Positions 23,484 through 36,844 of a stretch of DNA of 64,000 bases are shown piece by piece. The position numbers and the translations under genes are program-made. The DNA comes from Podarcis liolepis. Lineage: Eukaryota. The notes under the pieces were generated by a model that searched no databases, was not told the origin of the DNA, and was given only the letters and a program-made list of their open reading frames with translations. How positions within the stretch are numbered: position 1 is the stretch's first letter; the number at the start of each line of letters is the position of its first letter. Location of the stretch: assembly GCA_965112155.1 (NCBI GenBank), contig OZ218111.1; one strand, written 5' to 3'.

Positions 23484-24420
23484 CCGTATTTTTCGCTCTA
23501 TAACACGCACCTGACCATAACACGCACATTGTTTGTAGAGGAGGAAAACGGGGGGGGGGGGATTCGGAATGAAACAGTGGATGTATAATTTTTGTGCCTC
23601 ATGCTGTGGCCACAGACATGTGATCTGATGGTGAATTTGGGGTGACCCAATGCAAAAATCCTGAGAATCCCTGTGGATCTGTGCTTTGTAACCACGTTTT
23701 TGCACCATTACAGCCCCAGGGAGCAGTGGGTGCGTGATTTTTTTGGTGCAGGCTGTAGCCATGGACATGCTATGTGATCTGATGGTGAATTTGGGGTGAC
23801 CCAATGCAAAAATCCTAAGGATCCATGTGGATCCGTGCTTTGTAACCACGTTTTAAGTGGGGAGGGAAGGAAAAACACAGAACGGACAAGGAGCCCGAGA
23901 GGGGTGTGCAGAGAAGCAGCTGGCTAAGAATGCAGGAGAGGGTTTTAACGGGAGGGAGGAAAGGAAGGCAAAAGTTTTCCCACACCCACCCAAGCCAGCC
24001 CCCCCTCTCTCTCCTACTTGCATGTTTTCCGGCTGCCTGCGAGTCCCTAAAATGCTTCCCTGGACGCAGCAGCACCGGAGCACGGAGAGGAATTAGAAGG
24101 AAGGACACGATCCTTTCCTTTCCCCTCTGCTTGCCTGGAGGGGAGGGGATTTCCCTGCTCTTTGTTCCGTTTGAGCAAACAACAACCGAAACAGCAGAGG
24201 GTGGGCAGTAAGACCCTGAGGCAGAATGCAGGAAAGCAACAGCATCCTCTCTCACAGAGCTCCCTCCTCCCTGACGCGCGATCGGATTTTTGCCTGATTT
24301 TTGCCTCTGCACTCGGGCCAGTCGGCTCCACGGACCACACATTCGCTCAATAACATGCACAGACATTTCCCCTTACTTTTAGGAGAAAAAAATCTGCGTG
24401 TTATAGAGAGAAAAGTATGG
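23484..24420. mobile_element. pogo/Tigger-like non-autonomous element (TIR CCGTATTTTTCG)
   Basis: TA|CCGTATTTTTCGCTCTATAACACGCA ... TGCGTGTTATAGAGAGAAAAGTATGG|TA, with an internal tandem duplication at about 23615-23855. Confidence 0.8.
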
Positions 24421-26194
24421 TATGTCTTTGTTTAGGACTGTAGAGTTTAGTCACCTAGCATGGTGAGACTCATACTTGATTGTGAGTGTTGTAGAAGGCT
24501 GAAAAGCCACAGAGAGTCATGTAGGGTGAAAATAAGGAGGGTGAGCACATGCGGATTGATGATGTGGGTGCAGAGTTTGGGCATGTAAGGCTATGAGCTA
24601 TTTCTTTCTAGGCAAGATTCGGAAAACAATTCTGACACAAAATTGTGCTGGGCACATTGCTGACTCTTGGCCTCAGTTTTCCTTCTCTGTGAAAAAAGAG
24701 CCCCAACCCATATCCATTTTCTAAGGCCTTAGTGAGGACTCGCAATCTTGTGAGTCTCCTTTATGTGGGCATTGATTCACTGGGGTTTACCACTAAGAAA
24801 ATATGCCTGGGGATTGCAGCCTCATATTATCTTGATGCAGGAGTTCTTCAGAGCATTCCACAAGCATTTTAAATAACTCCTAGTGCAGTTGTTTGTTTAA
24901 GGTGCTGCTTGATTCATCAGAGTCGACTGACTGGTTCCCAGATAGCTATGGCTGGCTGCACCAGTGTATTGAAGCAGCCTTAAAAAAAATACTGAACTGT
25001 TCGTAGACAATGGACAATTGGAAGCACTTCACACAAGAGAGAATAAGCTCCACTGTCTTTGAGATGTAGGGATGGGTACCAACTTTGAAAGCTTTGAAAA
25101 GGACTGGACAAATTTGCCATGATAGCTGAGTGGAACTTTCAATGTTCAGAGGCGGTATACTTTGCATCTCAGATGCTGAGGGCAAACAAAGGGGAAAAGC
25201 CATGTCCTGCCATGTCCCAGAAGCATCTGCCTAGCTGCTATAGAAACAGGATACTGGGCCAGGTACATCCTTAGCCTGATCTATCACAACAGTTCTTGTG
25301 TTAACTCCTTAATTGTCATAATCTACATACCTATATATTTTACTAAGGCTTTGGATGAATCTAATTTATGATTTTGTTCAGTGTCTTAGCAATGGAAGCT
25401 TGGAGCTTGTGTAAGAAATGTAGTCTGTATCTTTGTAATAAAGTGGATTAGAAGTTCCACAGAAATGAAAAGGACTAAAAATAGTGTCATGGTTAGTGCT
25501 CCAGGAGGTGTGGTTAAATCTGTATAAGTAGAATCATCTGGTGCAGTTCTCTTAATTTGTCGTATGAAATACTGGAACTGATTTTCTAAATTAAAAAGAT
25601 CAGCATGTTGTGTAGTCATCCTCCTAAATAACACTTTTTGCCTGGAATAGATTTGCCAAAGCATGGAGTACAGATTTCTTAAGTCTTTAGGGCACAATTG
25701 TGATTGGAAAACCATACTGTGGTCGGTGTGGTCCATTGTATGGGACCCGTTGCTGTGAGCAGCAGGCTTTGAAAGCGCAATTCTTTGGCAGACAAGTATG
25801 TATGGGACAGGCTCCCTAAAAGTAGAATGTTTGTACCATATTTAGTGTAGTTTAATAGCTGATGTTTGTATCAGTTATTGTTAATTTTCATTTGCTGGAA
25901 ATGGGCTGCTCTTTGCACCTGGAAACCACCTTAAAACAGGATGTGCAATTGTTTTTGCAAAATAGTGTTTCATAAGCAGGGGTGGAGAATCTTCAGCCCT
26001 CTGGATGTTGCTGATCTACATCTCCCATCAAGCCCAGCCAGCATGGCCAGATGCAAATTGAAGTCCCAACAGCACAGGGAGTGCCTTCGTTCATTTGCAA
26101 GTAAAGTAGCAGAGCCATTTCAATTGGCTGCACTTCAACCTGCTTGTTGCAATCAGTGTTTTCATATCTTTTTTCTTGTTTGCTTGTCTTTCAG

Positions 26195-26323
26195 GTATAT
26201 GTATCATGTTCTGACCAAAAATACCACTGTGACTGAACACAACCGCAACCTGTTGGTGGAGACTATTCGATCTATAACTGAGATCCTAATATGGGGAGAC
26301 CAAAATGACAGTTCAGTGTTTGA
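26195..26323 (+). CDS. CLEC16A: CLEC16A exon 2
   Basis: tttcag|G...YMYHVLTKNTTVTEHNRNLLVETIRSITEILIWGDQNDSSVF; GA|gtaaga. Confidence 0.97.
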
Positions 26324-27644
26324 GTAAGAGCTTTTAAGTGTTTGCTTTTGAATACAGAATATAACAGTATGAAATATAAGCTGATACGCCACTGATGCAA
26401 GGGAAGAAGTAAAATGAGGGTGTAAATCCTACCTATGCGTACTCAGAAAGTCAGTGGTGCTAAATCCCAAGTAAGCCCATGTTGGACTGCAACCATCGTA
26501 GCTTGATTTAAATCAGTGATGTGCAGCCCAATGCTGTGTTTACTTCTACACGGGTGGGGGAACCTATGACCCTTCAGATGTTGATGACCACCAGCTCTCA
26601 GTAGCTCCAGCCAGCATGGCTGCAGGTTCTCAGTGTCTGGTTTAAGAAGTCCCATTGTGGTTTAGTGAGCTGCAGCCTCAAATTGCTCACAAAAAAGTAG
26701 TTTCTCATTGGTACCTAATACATTTTCTAAACTGCGGTGGACTTATAGTACAGATTGGCCTGGTTCACACGCAGTGTTAAATCATAGTTTAAATTTAAAC
26801 TGTGGTTTACTAGGAATTTTCAGTGTGTTTATGCACACTGCTTAATATTGCCCTATTTGCTCCTCTTCCATTCATGTGCTTGCCACACTGGGAGGAACAA
26901 ACCAGAGAACGGGCTGATTGTGTTGAACAAACCTTGGATTCCAATATTATTGCATTTGGAGAAAAAACACAATTGCTGGTTCACATGAAATGCTAAGCCT
27001 TTTGTTTTTACCCCATTGTGGCAAAATCAGGAGCAAATTGCACTACTGAGCAGCGTTCACTAGCATGCTGCTCACTTGTGTTAAAACACAATTTACTTTA
27101 AATGATAGTTTAGTGTGGCATGCAAACCAGGCCTTAGTAGGCTCTGCTTCTTTCTGGTGGTTCTGCTCTATGTTTTGCATCTGTTTTTGTGTACTACATA
27201 ACTCTTCAGCATTGCCCCACACTCATCCTTAACTCAAAGTAGTAATGGTGTACCTTTGCCTGTTTTACAGACAGCTAAGTGTTTCAGAAGCGAGGCTTGA
27301 CATTTACCAGTCAGTTATACCAAATGTCATCTCCTGGAGCCAAAGACCAATTCCCTGTGCCTGTGATGACTCGATGGCCTCCAGTTTCCAGCCCATAATA
27401 TAACATAGAACCTATTTTTAAATCTTTACTTATTTTTCCCATTTAAAAAAAGAATACGTGGGAAAAAGTGCCTTAACCCAGTGGCCACGGTTCAACACCA
27501 GCAATGGTCCCACAGTCTTAAACAGGACTTGCTCCCTAGTAACTGCAGCCGAAATGTTTTGCAATAATCTTTTAAAGGATTGATTGATTTCCTTCATGTA
27601 ACAAACAGCAAACAAATCAGTAACAACTTTCAATGTTGTTCTAG

Positions 27645-27778
27645 TTTTTTCTTGGAGAAGAACGTGTTTGTGTTCTTTCTGAACATTCTGCGTCAGAAGT
27701 CTGGCCGTTACGTGTGTGTGCAGCTCCTACAGACCTTGAACATCCTTTTCGAGAACATTAGTCATGAAACGTCTCTCT
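27645..27778 (+). CDS. CLEC16A: CLEC16A exon 3
   Basis: ttctag|T...FFLEKNVFVFFLNILRQKSGRYVCVQLLQTLNILFENISHETSL; T|gtaagt. Confidence 0.97.
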
Positions 27779-28836
27779 GTAAGTATGCATGCCTCCATGT
27801 TGCCTTTAACAAAATAAGCGTAGTTTTGGTTTTGCAGTACTAAACCTTTGCTGCCTGCCTTTCTCAAGTGGGATGTGAGGAGAGGGCTAAGTGTCCATTT
27901 CCCCAGGTCAGGAACTGGGAGGTGCTACTTTGCTGTTCTGAAGATTATGAGTTTGCAACTTGCACTGGATGGTTGTTGTCTGTCAGCTGGGCTACAAATT
28001 AGGGCCCTATTGGTTGAGATAGGGATGGCAACCAAGGCATGGAGCAATCCATAGCCGTAATCCTATGGAAATGGCTCTGGCTGACTTAATATTATTAAAT
28101 TGTTTTCCCTGACAGTTTATTGGGCCACACATTTCACCTCCTTCCTACCCATTCTAAATCTGAAAAAGATAACTTGGTTTTCATAGACCTTCTAGGTTCC
28201 TGTGGTCCAAATAAATAAATAAATAGCCACCTGTCTGTTTAGAGCAGTAAATAGGAAGCCTTCATTCTGAGGAGGTAGGCGGGGAAATGCAATAGAGACA
28301 CATGGAACTGGGAAGGAGTCGTGTGATAGAAGCATTTAAAAGTTGGTGTATGCAACAAAGGCTGCTCCTTACATTGGAGAAAAGTACGCTATTAGGGAGT
28401 TGAGGCACATTCTTTGCTATGTCTTCACTTTAAAAGGGATCTGCTACTAGGTTGAAGTCTCTTATCTAAAACTAGAGGGGGATGAAGAAACAAGATGGCA
28501 TCAAAAACTCATGTGCAGGCTTTTGAATGTGCTTCTAGCAGACTGATTTTTTAATTGTTCCCATTGTTGCTGTCTGGCTTCTTTTTAATCCAGCCTTTCT
28601 GAACTTGGTCCCTCCAGATGTTTCTGAATTGTAGCTTCCATCCACCACAGACCACATGGTTGTATTGACTGGGGCCGAACATCTTGAGGGCACTAGATTG
28701 GCAGAGGCTGTTCTAATTGGGTGCTGGAATACTTTTAGGAAACATTGCTTAATAGAACAATTTGTGTGAATGTCTTCATTTTTGTGCAATTTATAACGTT
28801 TGTACTGATTATGAATATGTCCCCCCCCCTTCCCAG

Positions 28837-28985
28837 ACTATTTGCTTTCCAACAACTACGTAAATTCTATCATTGTGCACAAATTTGACTTCTCGGATGA
28901 AGAGATTATGGCATACTACATTTCGTTCCTGAAAACGCTTTCTCTGAAGCTCAACAACCACACGGTTCATTTCTTTTACAATGAG
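28837..28985 (+). CDS. CLEC16A: CLEC16A exon 4
   Basis: tcccag|AC...[49 protein letters not shown]; GAG|gtaggc. Confidence 0.97.
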
Positions 28986-30198
28986 GTAGGCAGAGGAACC
29001 ACTTTCAACTTGAAAATAAAAAGTTGTGGCTGCAGTGGATCTATGAAATGTGGGTGGTGAAAATGCGGTTCTTAAATTGGCCCTGCAGCCAAGAGGATGG
29101 TGACCAGGCAGGAGTCAAGAAGCTAAGATCTGTTTAGAAGGTTTTATTTTAAATACCCCTGCAAAATACTCATGAATGCATTTCACTTTGTGAAAGATGT
29201 AAGTGTAGTAGCAACAAAGGGAAATAACCAGCACATTATACCTGAATGATTCTTGGGGAAGGGAGAAATAGGGAGCAATATATGAAAATATTTATATGGC
29301 AACACAAAATAGAACATGAGTATGCAACTTAGCTATACTTCACTAGGAAAAACATATGCAGATTTAAATTAACTACAGCTTAGCTAGGTCAGTCTAACCT
29401 AGGGCTGGGAATCTTTGGCCCCTCCCAGATGTTGCTGGGTTCCAACTTGTATTATCTCTGGTGTTGCTGGTTGGGCCTGAGGGAATTTGAAATCCAATAA
29501 CTTTTGGACGGCCACAGGTTTCCCTCGCCTTGATCTAGCACTGTACTGTTAATGTACTACTGCCCAACAGACTGTGGACATTAGGAGCTATCTCCTTGGA
29601 CTCGAGCAAAGATCTGTCCCACGAGACACCACTTTGGCAGTGTTGCAATGGAATAATTTTCCCCCCTGCTTTTCTTTGTCCTTTATCTGCTTCTTACCAG
29701 GAGAGGGCACCAGAGCTTAAGCAGTCTGACTTGGCATTAGATTAAATGTCTCCATCTTAACATAGTTATTTGTTTGTTTTTCTGTGGAAGAGGCAACATG
29801 TTGATCATTAGCTACAGCTGCTTTCACTCAGCAAATATAACATTGCAAGCCTGTCTTTATTGCAGGCATGGGGAATCTTCTCTGGCCAGTGGGCTAGATA
29901 ATTCTTGCCCTGTCCCTTGTTGGACCAAACTTGCACAGTTGAGCAGAGCTTCCCACCTGTCAAGTCACTGTGCTTTGAAGCCCAAGTGGTTGGGACTGTA
30001 CATGAGTTTTGCTGAGGGGCTAGAGAGGAAGGGCTGTATTTTTTGTATGATAAAAAGAATTGATTTTTCACTTTCTTTTTTAAAAAAAGCTGCTCGATGT
30101 CTTGCGCTGCTGAGTGTTGCTGTTACCATTTATTGTTCATCATGTTGCTGTTATCATTTATTGTTCATCATTTGCACCTTATTTTATTATGTTAGCTA

Positions 30199-31021
30199 CT
30201 GTATTTTTCCGTCTTTAAGACGCCCCATTGTATAAGACGCCCCCTATTTTGGGGACCTCAAAATTTAGAAAATAGGGGGGTTGAGCTTTTGGGGAGGACC
30301 TGCAGCAGCCCGCCGGGGCAGAGCGCGTAGCCGCTCTAGCCAGAGCATGGCCACTGAGGGGCTGCACTGGCTTCCCATGGCTGGCAGCCCAACCAGCCGA
30401 TGGATCCTGGCGAGGGGAGGTGGCTGATCAGGCCCGGAGAGAGAGCGCAAAACAGCCAACCACAGCCTTTCCAGGCACCCTCCTCCTTAAAGGGACAGTG
30501 CCCTGCCTGTCTTGGGCAGGGAAAAGGACCCTGCTTACAGCCGCTGTACCATTCAGGCTTGTGCCTTCCTCCCAAACATTCGCCTCTCCGCAGGGAGCGC
30601 TTGCAAATTGCCGGGGATCTCTGTTGGGGGACGCAGGGAACCAGTCAATCAATCTCTCCCCACCACAACCTTTTGGTTCCGCTTGCTTCGCAGAAACCAC
30701 TATCAGCTCCCCAATCACCGCCAGCGTGATTAATGGTGGCGATCAGGCAGCTGCAGCACAAGTGGCTGTGTGCTATGTTCTGGCAGGTGAGTGATTTTCA
30801 GGATTCCCCCCCCCCCAAAAAAAAAATAAATCGAGCGGCCAATGCCGAAAATCGCTCACCCGCCAGAACGAAGCGGGAGCCTGAGTTTTTAAGTGGCAAA
30901 TGGCCACTTGATTGTTGGGGGGGAGATGCCCCCCTCAGCACTACCCGTGTATAAGACGAGCCTAAATTTTGAACCTCATTTTTGAGTCAAAAAAGCTCGT
31001 CTTATACACGGAAAAATACGG
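30199..31021. mobile_element. pogo/Tigger-like non-autonomous element
   Basis: TA|CTGTATTTTTCCGT...ACGGAAAAATACGG|TA with a GC-rich interior. Confidence 0.8.
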
Positions 31022-31198
31022 TAATCTGGAAATTATCATTATTTATGACCCGCCCTTTGCCCTAAGATCCCAGGGCAGGTTGCAACATCAAAACACGGTG
31101 TTGAAAAGAGTTTAAAACAATTTACATTTGTATTGAGGGACAGGATACAAATGCGTAAAATAAATTAATTCCTTGGACTTAACTGTCTTCTCTTTCAG

Positions 31199-31304
31199 CA
31201 CACAAATGATTTTGCTCTGTACACTGAAGCCATTAAATTCTTCAACCACCCAGAAAGCATGGTCAGGATTGCTGTTAGAACGATAACTTTAAACGTCTAC
31301 AAAG
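31199..31304 (+). CDS. CLEC16A: CLEC16A exon 5
   Basis: tttcag|[35 protein letters not shown]; AAG|gtaggt. Confidence 0.97.
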
Positions 31305-31425
31305 GTAGGTTTTCCTAAACCTGTAGCCTTAGAACAGCTAGTACTTGGGTGACAATTTTTTTTGTAAATAGTGAGGCTTGAAAGCAAAAGTGAAAATAAG
31401 ACCTAACAGTTTGACAGGTTTACTA

Positions 31426-31429
<4 letters not shown>

Positions 31430-31466
<37 letters not shown>
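31430..31466. repeat. (GA)n microsatellite
   Basis: Read directly. Confidence 0.95.
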
Positions 31467-31469
<3 letters not shown>

Positions 31470-33891
31470 CTATGAGTGTTGCCACTTTTAAAACTTTCAT
31501 CTCTAAAAGAAGAGTTCTCCAGAATAGTGTCCCGGCAGTGAAAAGTATTTAAAGGGTTCTATAGAAGTTGTGCCTGTAAGAGAAATACACTGTAAGCGCC
31601 ACCAGAGGTCATTCTTTGCAAGATCATGCATGCATGATACATGCTGAAGAATGTGCAATCGTTGTGCAAATGGGGAACGTTAAGTTGCATGATCCAAATC
31701 TCTTTCTTTGAATGTTGCGTGTCTCTCTTCCTTTGTTCATCAGTGAAGAAAATGTCAGTGTGCCGTAGAATAGAATTGAGCAAAATATTTCCTGTCTCGG
31801 GAAATATGAGCCATATTTATCCTTGCAAAGTCATAAAAGATGCTAGAATCTGAGAGGGACCCATGAATTAGGAATTCATTTTGAATGCGCTAACTTGCCT
31901 ATTGAGGTCCAGTGACCAAGTTCCAAAGAATCAAGTGAAAGGGCAGGAGGAGTACTTAGGGCTGCCCCCAAGCTACTTCCTCTCGCCTTTGGATACCAAT
32001 AATAAAATAAAATGCTAACGTGCTGAAGGATACATTTAAGACCCTGAATGTCCGAAATACCTCAGTAGATCCTGGGTTTGGTTTTTTCTTTGACACTATT
32101 GCACCAGCAATACAGAGCGATTTTACTGACATTTAAGTATGCAAATTGATGCATCTCTGCAGCTTCTGCATAAACATTTGAACAATGTGAAATAACTTCC
32201 AAGCCTCTCTGGAGATTTCAATCCTGCATCTCTTCTGGTCTTGCACCTGCATTTCTCTAGGTCTTCCCTTTCCCCACCTTTCGGGAAACTCTTCAAGAAT
32301 TAAGCTGGCTATTTTTAGCTTGAGCTCTAGCAGTTAACATCACTAGAAATTCCTACTTAGAAGTGCTGCAGTTGCCCCATATGCGCTATATATGTAAACA
32401 GCACATGTTTCCAAGTTCACGAGAAGATATTTGAGGAAGGAAAAAAGAACAGCTGATGTGTAGTAAAAGGCAGGTTTTGTAATTGGTTTAAGTGAAACAG
32501 CATAGCGGGCATGCTTTGCTTTACATGTCCTAAATACTGTAGAGCAGAGGATCAGGGACGCGGGTGGTACTGTGGTCTAAACCACTGAGCCTCTTGGGCT
32601 TGCCATCTGTGGATCAGTTCCAGACGGGAGCTGCTGCTAATCCCTTGCAGCTGAAACTGCAAAGGATTCGGTGGCACGTCTGAGAGCCTTAAACTTGGCC
32701 CTCCCAAGCGTCTCAGTCTGGCCCTTTGGACTCCCTCCAGCCACAGCCTCTTCTCTCCTCACCAGCCTCGCTTTGCAACCTCCTTGAGTGCTTTTGTTCA
32801 GCTGGATTGTGTCCTTGAACTCCATTAATGCCTTTTGCTTACCTGGATGGAGGATAGAGAGGGTGTTGGCGTAGAAACTAGCTTACTGTACAAAGTTAAA
32901 ATTTACATCTGTTGCTCTGCACATTTCAGCCTTTGGCGTGTGGCCCCTGGAAGGTTGCCTAGAAGGGAATGCGGCCCCTGGGCTGCAGTAAAAGTTTCCC
33001 CACCCCTTCTTTAAAGGCTCGTGCCTTCCACTGTGGCACACACTTTTGTGAACTAGACCCTGCATTGGCAGGTAATAATAATAATAATAATAATAATAAT
33101 GATTTTTTATTTATACCCCGCCCTTCCCGGTTCAAAAACCGGGTTCAGGGCAACTAACAACAAATTTAAAACAATTATAAAAAGAGCATAAAATACAGTA
33201 TAAAAACACGAATAACAATAAAATTCAAAAATCAGTTAGGTAATCCCCAGGGCTAGCTGGCTGAATTGGTCCTACTTGGGTTACTTGCACAGGACCTCTG
33301 AATGTGGAGGCAGATGGAGAAAATAGACCTTATGGATTCCTGCATTGCAGGGGGTTGGACTAGATGATTCTCAGGGTCCCATCCAACTCTACAGTTTTAT
33401 GATTCTCCTATGATCTTCCCTTCCAGTGCTCTTCTGTAGCTGAACCCTGTGTCTGTTCCAGGGTGTGCTGCAAAGCAGCGGCTGCAATCCCTTTGACTTG
33501 GCTAGTGCCCTCAGCCAGCCAGTCGTGTGTCCCCCCCCCCCCCCGGCAGCACAAAGGGGAAACAGTGTCAGAGACCCCGCAGCAGATACATCCATGTGGA
33601 AAAGAGTCCTCTGAAGGGAGGAAGTTTCTGACAACCGCTGCCCCCGAGTTGAGTTTGGAGGCTGCCATGCCATGTCACTTGGGAGGCGGGGAGTGGGCTC
33701 AAGGTGGTAGCATGCACACAGCATGGTTTTCTACTGCTATCTCCTCCTAACCTCTTCTAGCTTAGATGCTTTGTGCTTTAGCTACTGAGCCCTTTGGAGG
33801 ATGTCTCGCCATCCCAATTCCTAACCCTGTTAACCATTGTCTGTTTTTTCCCTCCCTTTCTTCACTGATGATCCTGTGTTCCTTAATGCAG

Positions 33892-33897
33892 TGTCAT
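33892..33897 (+). CDS. CLEC16A: CLEC16A exon 6, 6-nt microexon TGTCAT
   Basis: ccttaatgcag|TGTCAT|gtaagt after a long pyrimidine tract. Inclusion gives K-V-S-L-D-N-Q, as in recalled human VYKVSLDNQ. Confidence 0.88.
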
Positions 33898-34334
33898 GTA
33901 AGTCTGCTAATCACTTTGACTTTCAGCCTTATTGCTTTTATTCTTGCACTTTTGTCCAGTTCTTTAGAAAGTGAGAAATGACTGGTTTCACCTGCCTGTT
34001 TTCAGAACGATGCAGGAATAACTTAAATGTCACCTTAATGGACTTGTTTAACCTCACGAGGGACGGAAAATATGATGAACTGTGATAGATAACTTAGGCA
34101 TGAAATAAATCTGGTTTGGGCTTCTGCTACTGAAAGACAGCCTATTTATTGAAAGGGATTCGTGGGTTGTATCAAATACTAATCATACTCGGAGTAAACC
34201 CATTAAATTAGTGGACATGACTGACTTAGGTCCATTAATTTCAATGTATCTGCTCTGAGTAGAATTTATTTGATTTGCATTTTACTTCTTTTTCGAAATG
34301 GATCTTTTAAAAGATTTCTCCCCTCCCTCTTAAG

Positions 34335-34458
34335 TGGACAACCAGCCGATGCTGCACTACATACGAGACAAAACTGCTGTCCCTTACTTCTCCAATCTCG
34401 TCTGGTTTATTGGGAGCCACGTGATTGAACTGGATAACTGCGTGCAAACGGATGAAGA
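34335..34458 (+). CDS. CLEC16A: CLEC16A exon 7
   Basis: ctcttaag|TG...DNQPMLHYIRDKTAVPYFSNLVWFIGSHVIELDNCVQTDE; GA|gtaagc. Confidence 0.96.
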
Positions 34459-36669
34459 GTAAGCCCTATTTTCTAACTCTCGTTGTGAGGAGGGGTGTCG
34501 CCTGATCCGAGGAAGCTTAGTTCGTTGTATTAGATCTGCATACATTGGCATATGCATTAAAAGAAAACAAAATCCCAGGAGGAAAGGGGAGAAGGGAGCT
34601 TGGTGCTAGTGGCTGTTCCATTGTGGCAAATGGGGCACTACCCCACCAGCCCCCATCTCTGTTCCTCCAAGCCCACCTTTCTGGTTAACTGCAATAACGT
34701 ATTTTTGGGGGGAGGTGGGGGTAATGTATACATTTTTTTTTGTTCTGTCCCCCCCCCCCACACACATAGGTACTATTTCTTTTCATTCTGCCTTTTTTTG
34801 TCTTATTTTACTCTGTGCATTTGTAATCATGTACTTTTCAGTCTTTCAATAAGGAGCAATAATTAAAAGCCTACCTTCCTGATTATAACCAGCCCGGGTG
34901 GTGGGAACTGCCTTCCTCCTTCTTTGTCTCACTTTTGTTCTTGTAGAACAGGGAGGAGGATAGGGGCATTTTTATTAATCATTATCACTATTATTTATCA
35001 CACTTATTAGTTCCTTTTTATATTTATATTTCAGCTTAATGGCTTTGAATGGCTTCTGTTTTATTGTTTCAAATTTAGTGGGGTCCTTTTTCCCCCTCCT
35101 CCCCCTTCTGTCCAAACAGACAGAATTTCCCTTAATGTTCTAGCAATACACTAGCTAGCACCCTCTGACACTGACTCAGAATTATATATATTCCTGCTGG
35201 AAATTAGGGAGTGCCACCTCTTCCCAGCAGCTGTTGGCCCTCTGCACGGTTACTAGAGGCTCTGTGCCCTTGCCCTTTGGCCATGGGGCAATTAACTGCT
35301 GCAGAGAAGCTCTGCTTACGAGGGAAGGGATGTCACTCAATGGTAGAAGCGTATTATTTGCATGCAGAATGTCCCATGTTCAATTCCTGGCGCTTCCAGG
35401 CACAGCTGGGGAAGACTTTGGGCTGAATCACTGGAAAGCCACTGGCAATCAGTGTAAACAGGACTGAGCTGGATGGGCCAAGACTCAAGATTTGCATTAA
35501 GAGAGCTCCCAATGTTCCTGTGTTCCCACCAGCTGCAATTATAGGTGGGGTCATGACAGTCACTTTGATCCTGTTGCCGCTAGACGCATCTCAAATATTT
35601 GAAAGCTTTCAGTCAAGCTGACAGAGATCTTTTTTGGACTTGTCCAAGCCAGCCATCTCTTGTTCTCCCATTAAAATTCTTATGAAATGCATTATAAAAA
35701 GCATAGCCAGCAGCATACTTACTAATTGTGAAATAAGTCGTGTGGGACCCTGTCATCTTATTTTTATTTTGTTGGACTGGATGAGCCGCTGGGTTCTTTC
35801 CAACCCGGTGATTCTATGATTCTAAGTAAGGGGCAGTTCAGGCATGTCACAGGCATAGCAAGTGAGCAAGAATCGACTTTCCACTTAACGGACAGTTTAT
35901 GGGAAGAGCTCAACTTTTGCTGAGCAAAAATATACTTCTGAATAAGCTGTAGGGATGAGCACTGATAGGTTTTTATGAGGAAAGCATGGCGGTGGCTCCA
36001 AGGGAGCACTTTTAATTCTGCTGATTGTGGAGGAACAGTTTCTCCCCAGCGCTAAAAAATCTTCAAACGAAAAACTTTGCAGGAGAGTTGGGGGTTGTAG
36101 AGGTGAGAAGACACAGCAGAATTCTTCCTTGACATCAGGCAGGCCCCTTCACTGTGTTCTTTTTGATGCCTGCTAAAAACATTTTTGTTTAGGCAAGCCT
36201 ATAAGGACATGTAGAAGCCGGAATTTCAACACCTATCTTTTTAGCTGATAATTGATAATAATAATAATAATAATTTTTTATTTATACCCCGCCCTCCCCA
36301 GCCAAGACCGGGCTCTGGGCGGCTAACAACCAATAATAAAAACAAGTTGATTAACATACAATTTTAAAAGATTAAAATACAACATTAAAACATTAGGATG
36401 CAGCCTCTTCACAGGAGGAGAAAAGAAAAAGAAAGAGGGGGAGGGAATCAAACTGATTCTAAGCCAAAGGCCAGATGGAAGAACTCTGTCTTACAGGCCC
36501 TGCGGAAAGAAATCAGATCCCACAGGGCCCTGGTCTCATGATCCTAATTAGCTTTTGACTGTTTTTAAATACCTGCTTTTAGCAACCTTTTATTGATAAT
36601 TCTAATGTTCTATTTTTATTTTGCAAGCCGCTTAGAGGTTTTTATTACAATCAACTCTCTCTTTTGCAG

Positions 36670-36844
36670 GCACAGAAATAGGGGGAAGCTTAGTGACCTG
36701 GTAGCCGAGCACCTTGACCATCTTCATTACCTTAACGATATCCTTATCATTAACTGCGAATTCTTAAATGAGGTGCTCACAGACCACCTGCTGAATAGCC
36801 TTTTCCTGCCTCTCTATGTGTATTCATTAGTAAATCAAGATAAG
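36670..36844 (+). CDS. CLEC16A: CLEC16A exon 8
   Basis: ttgcag|G HRNRGKLSDLVAEHLDHLHYLNDILIINCEFLNEVLTDHLLNSLFLPLYVYSLVNQDK|gtaagg. Confidence 0.97.

Noticed and set aside
33879-33891. TTCCTTAAT resembling a U12 branch point before the microexon
   Set aside because: It is too close to the AG, and the intron 5 donor (GTAGGT) is U2-type.
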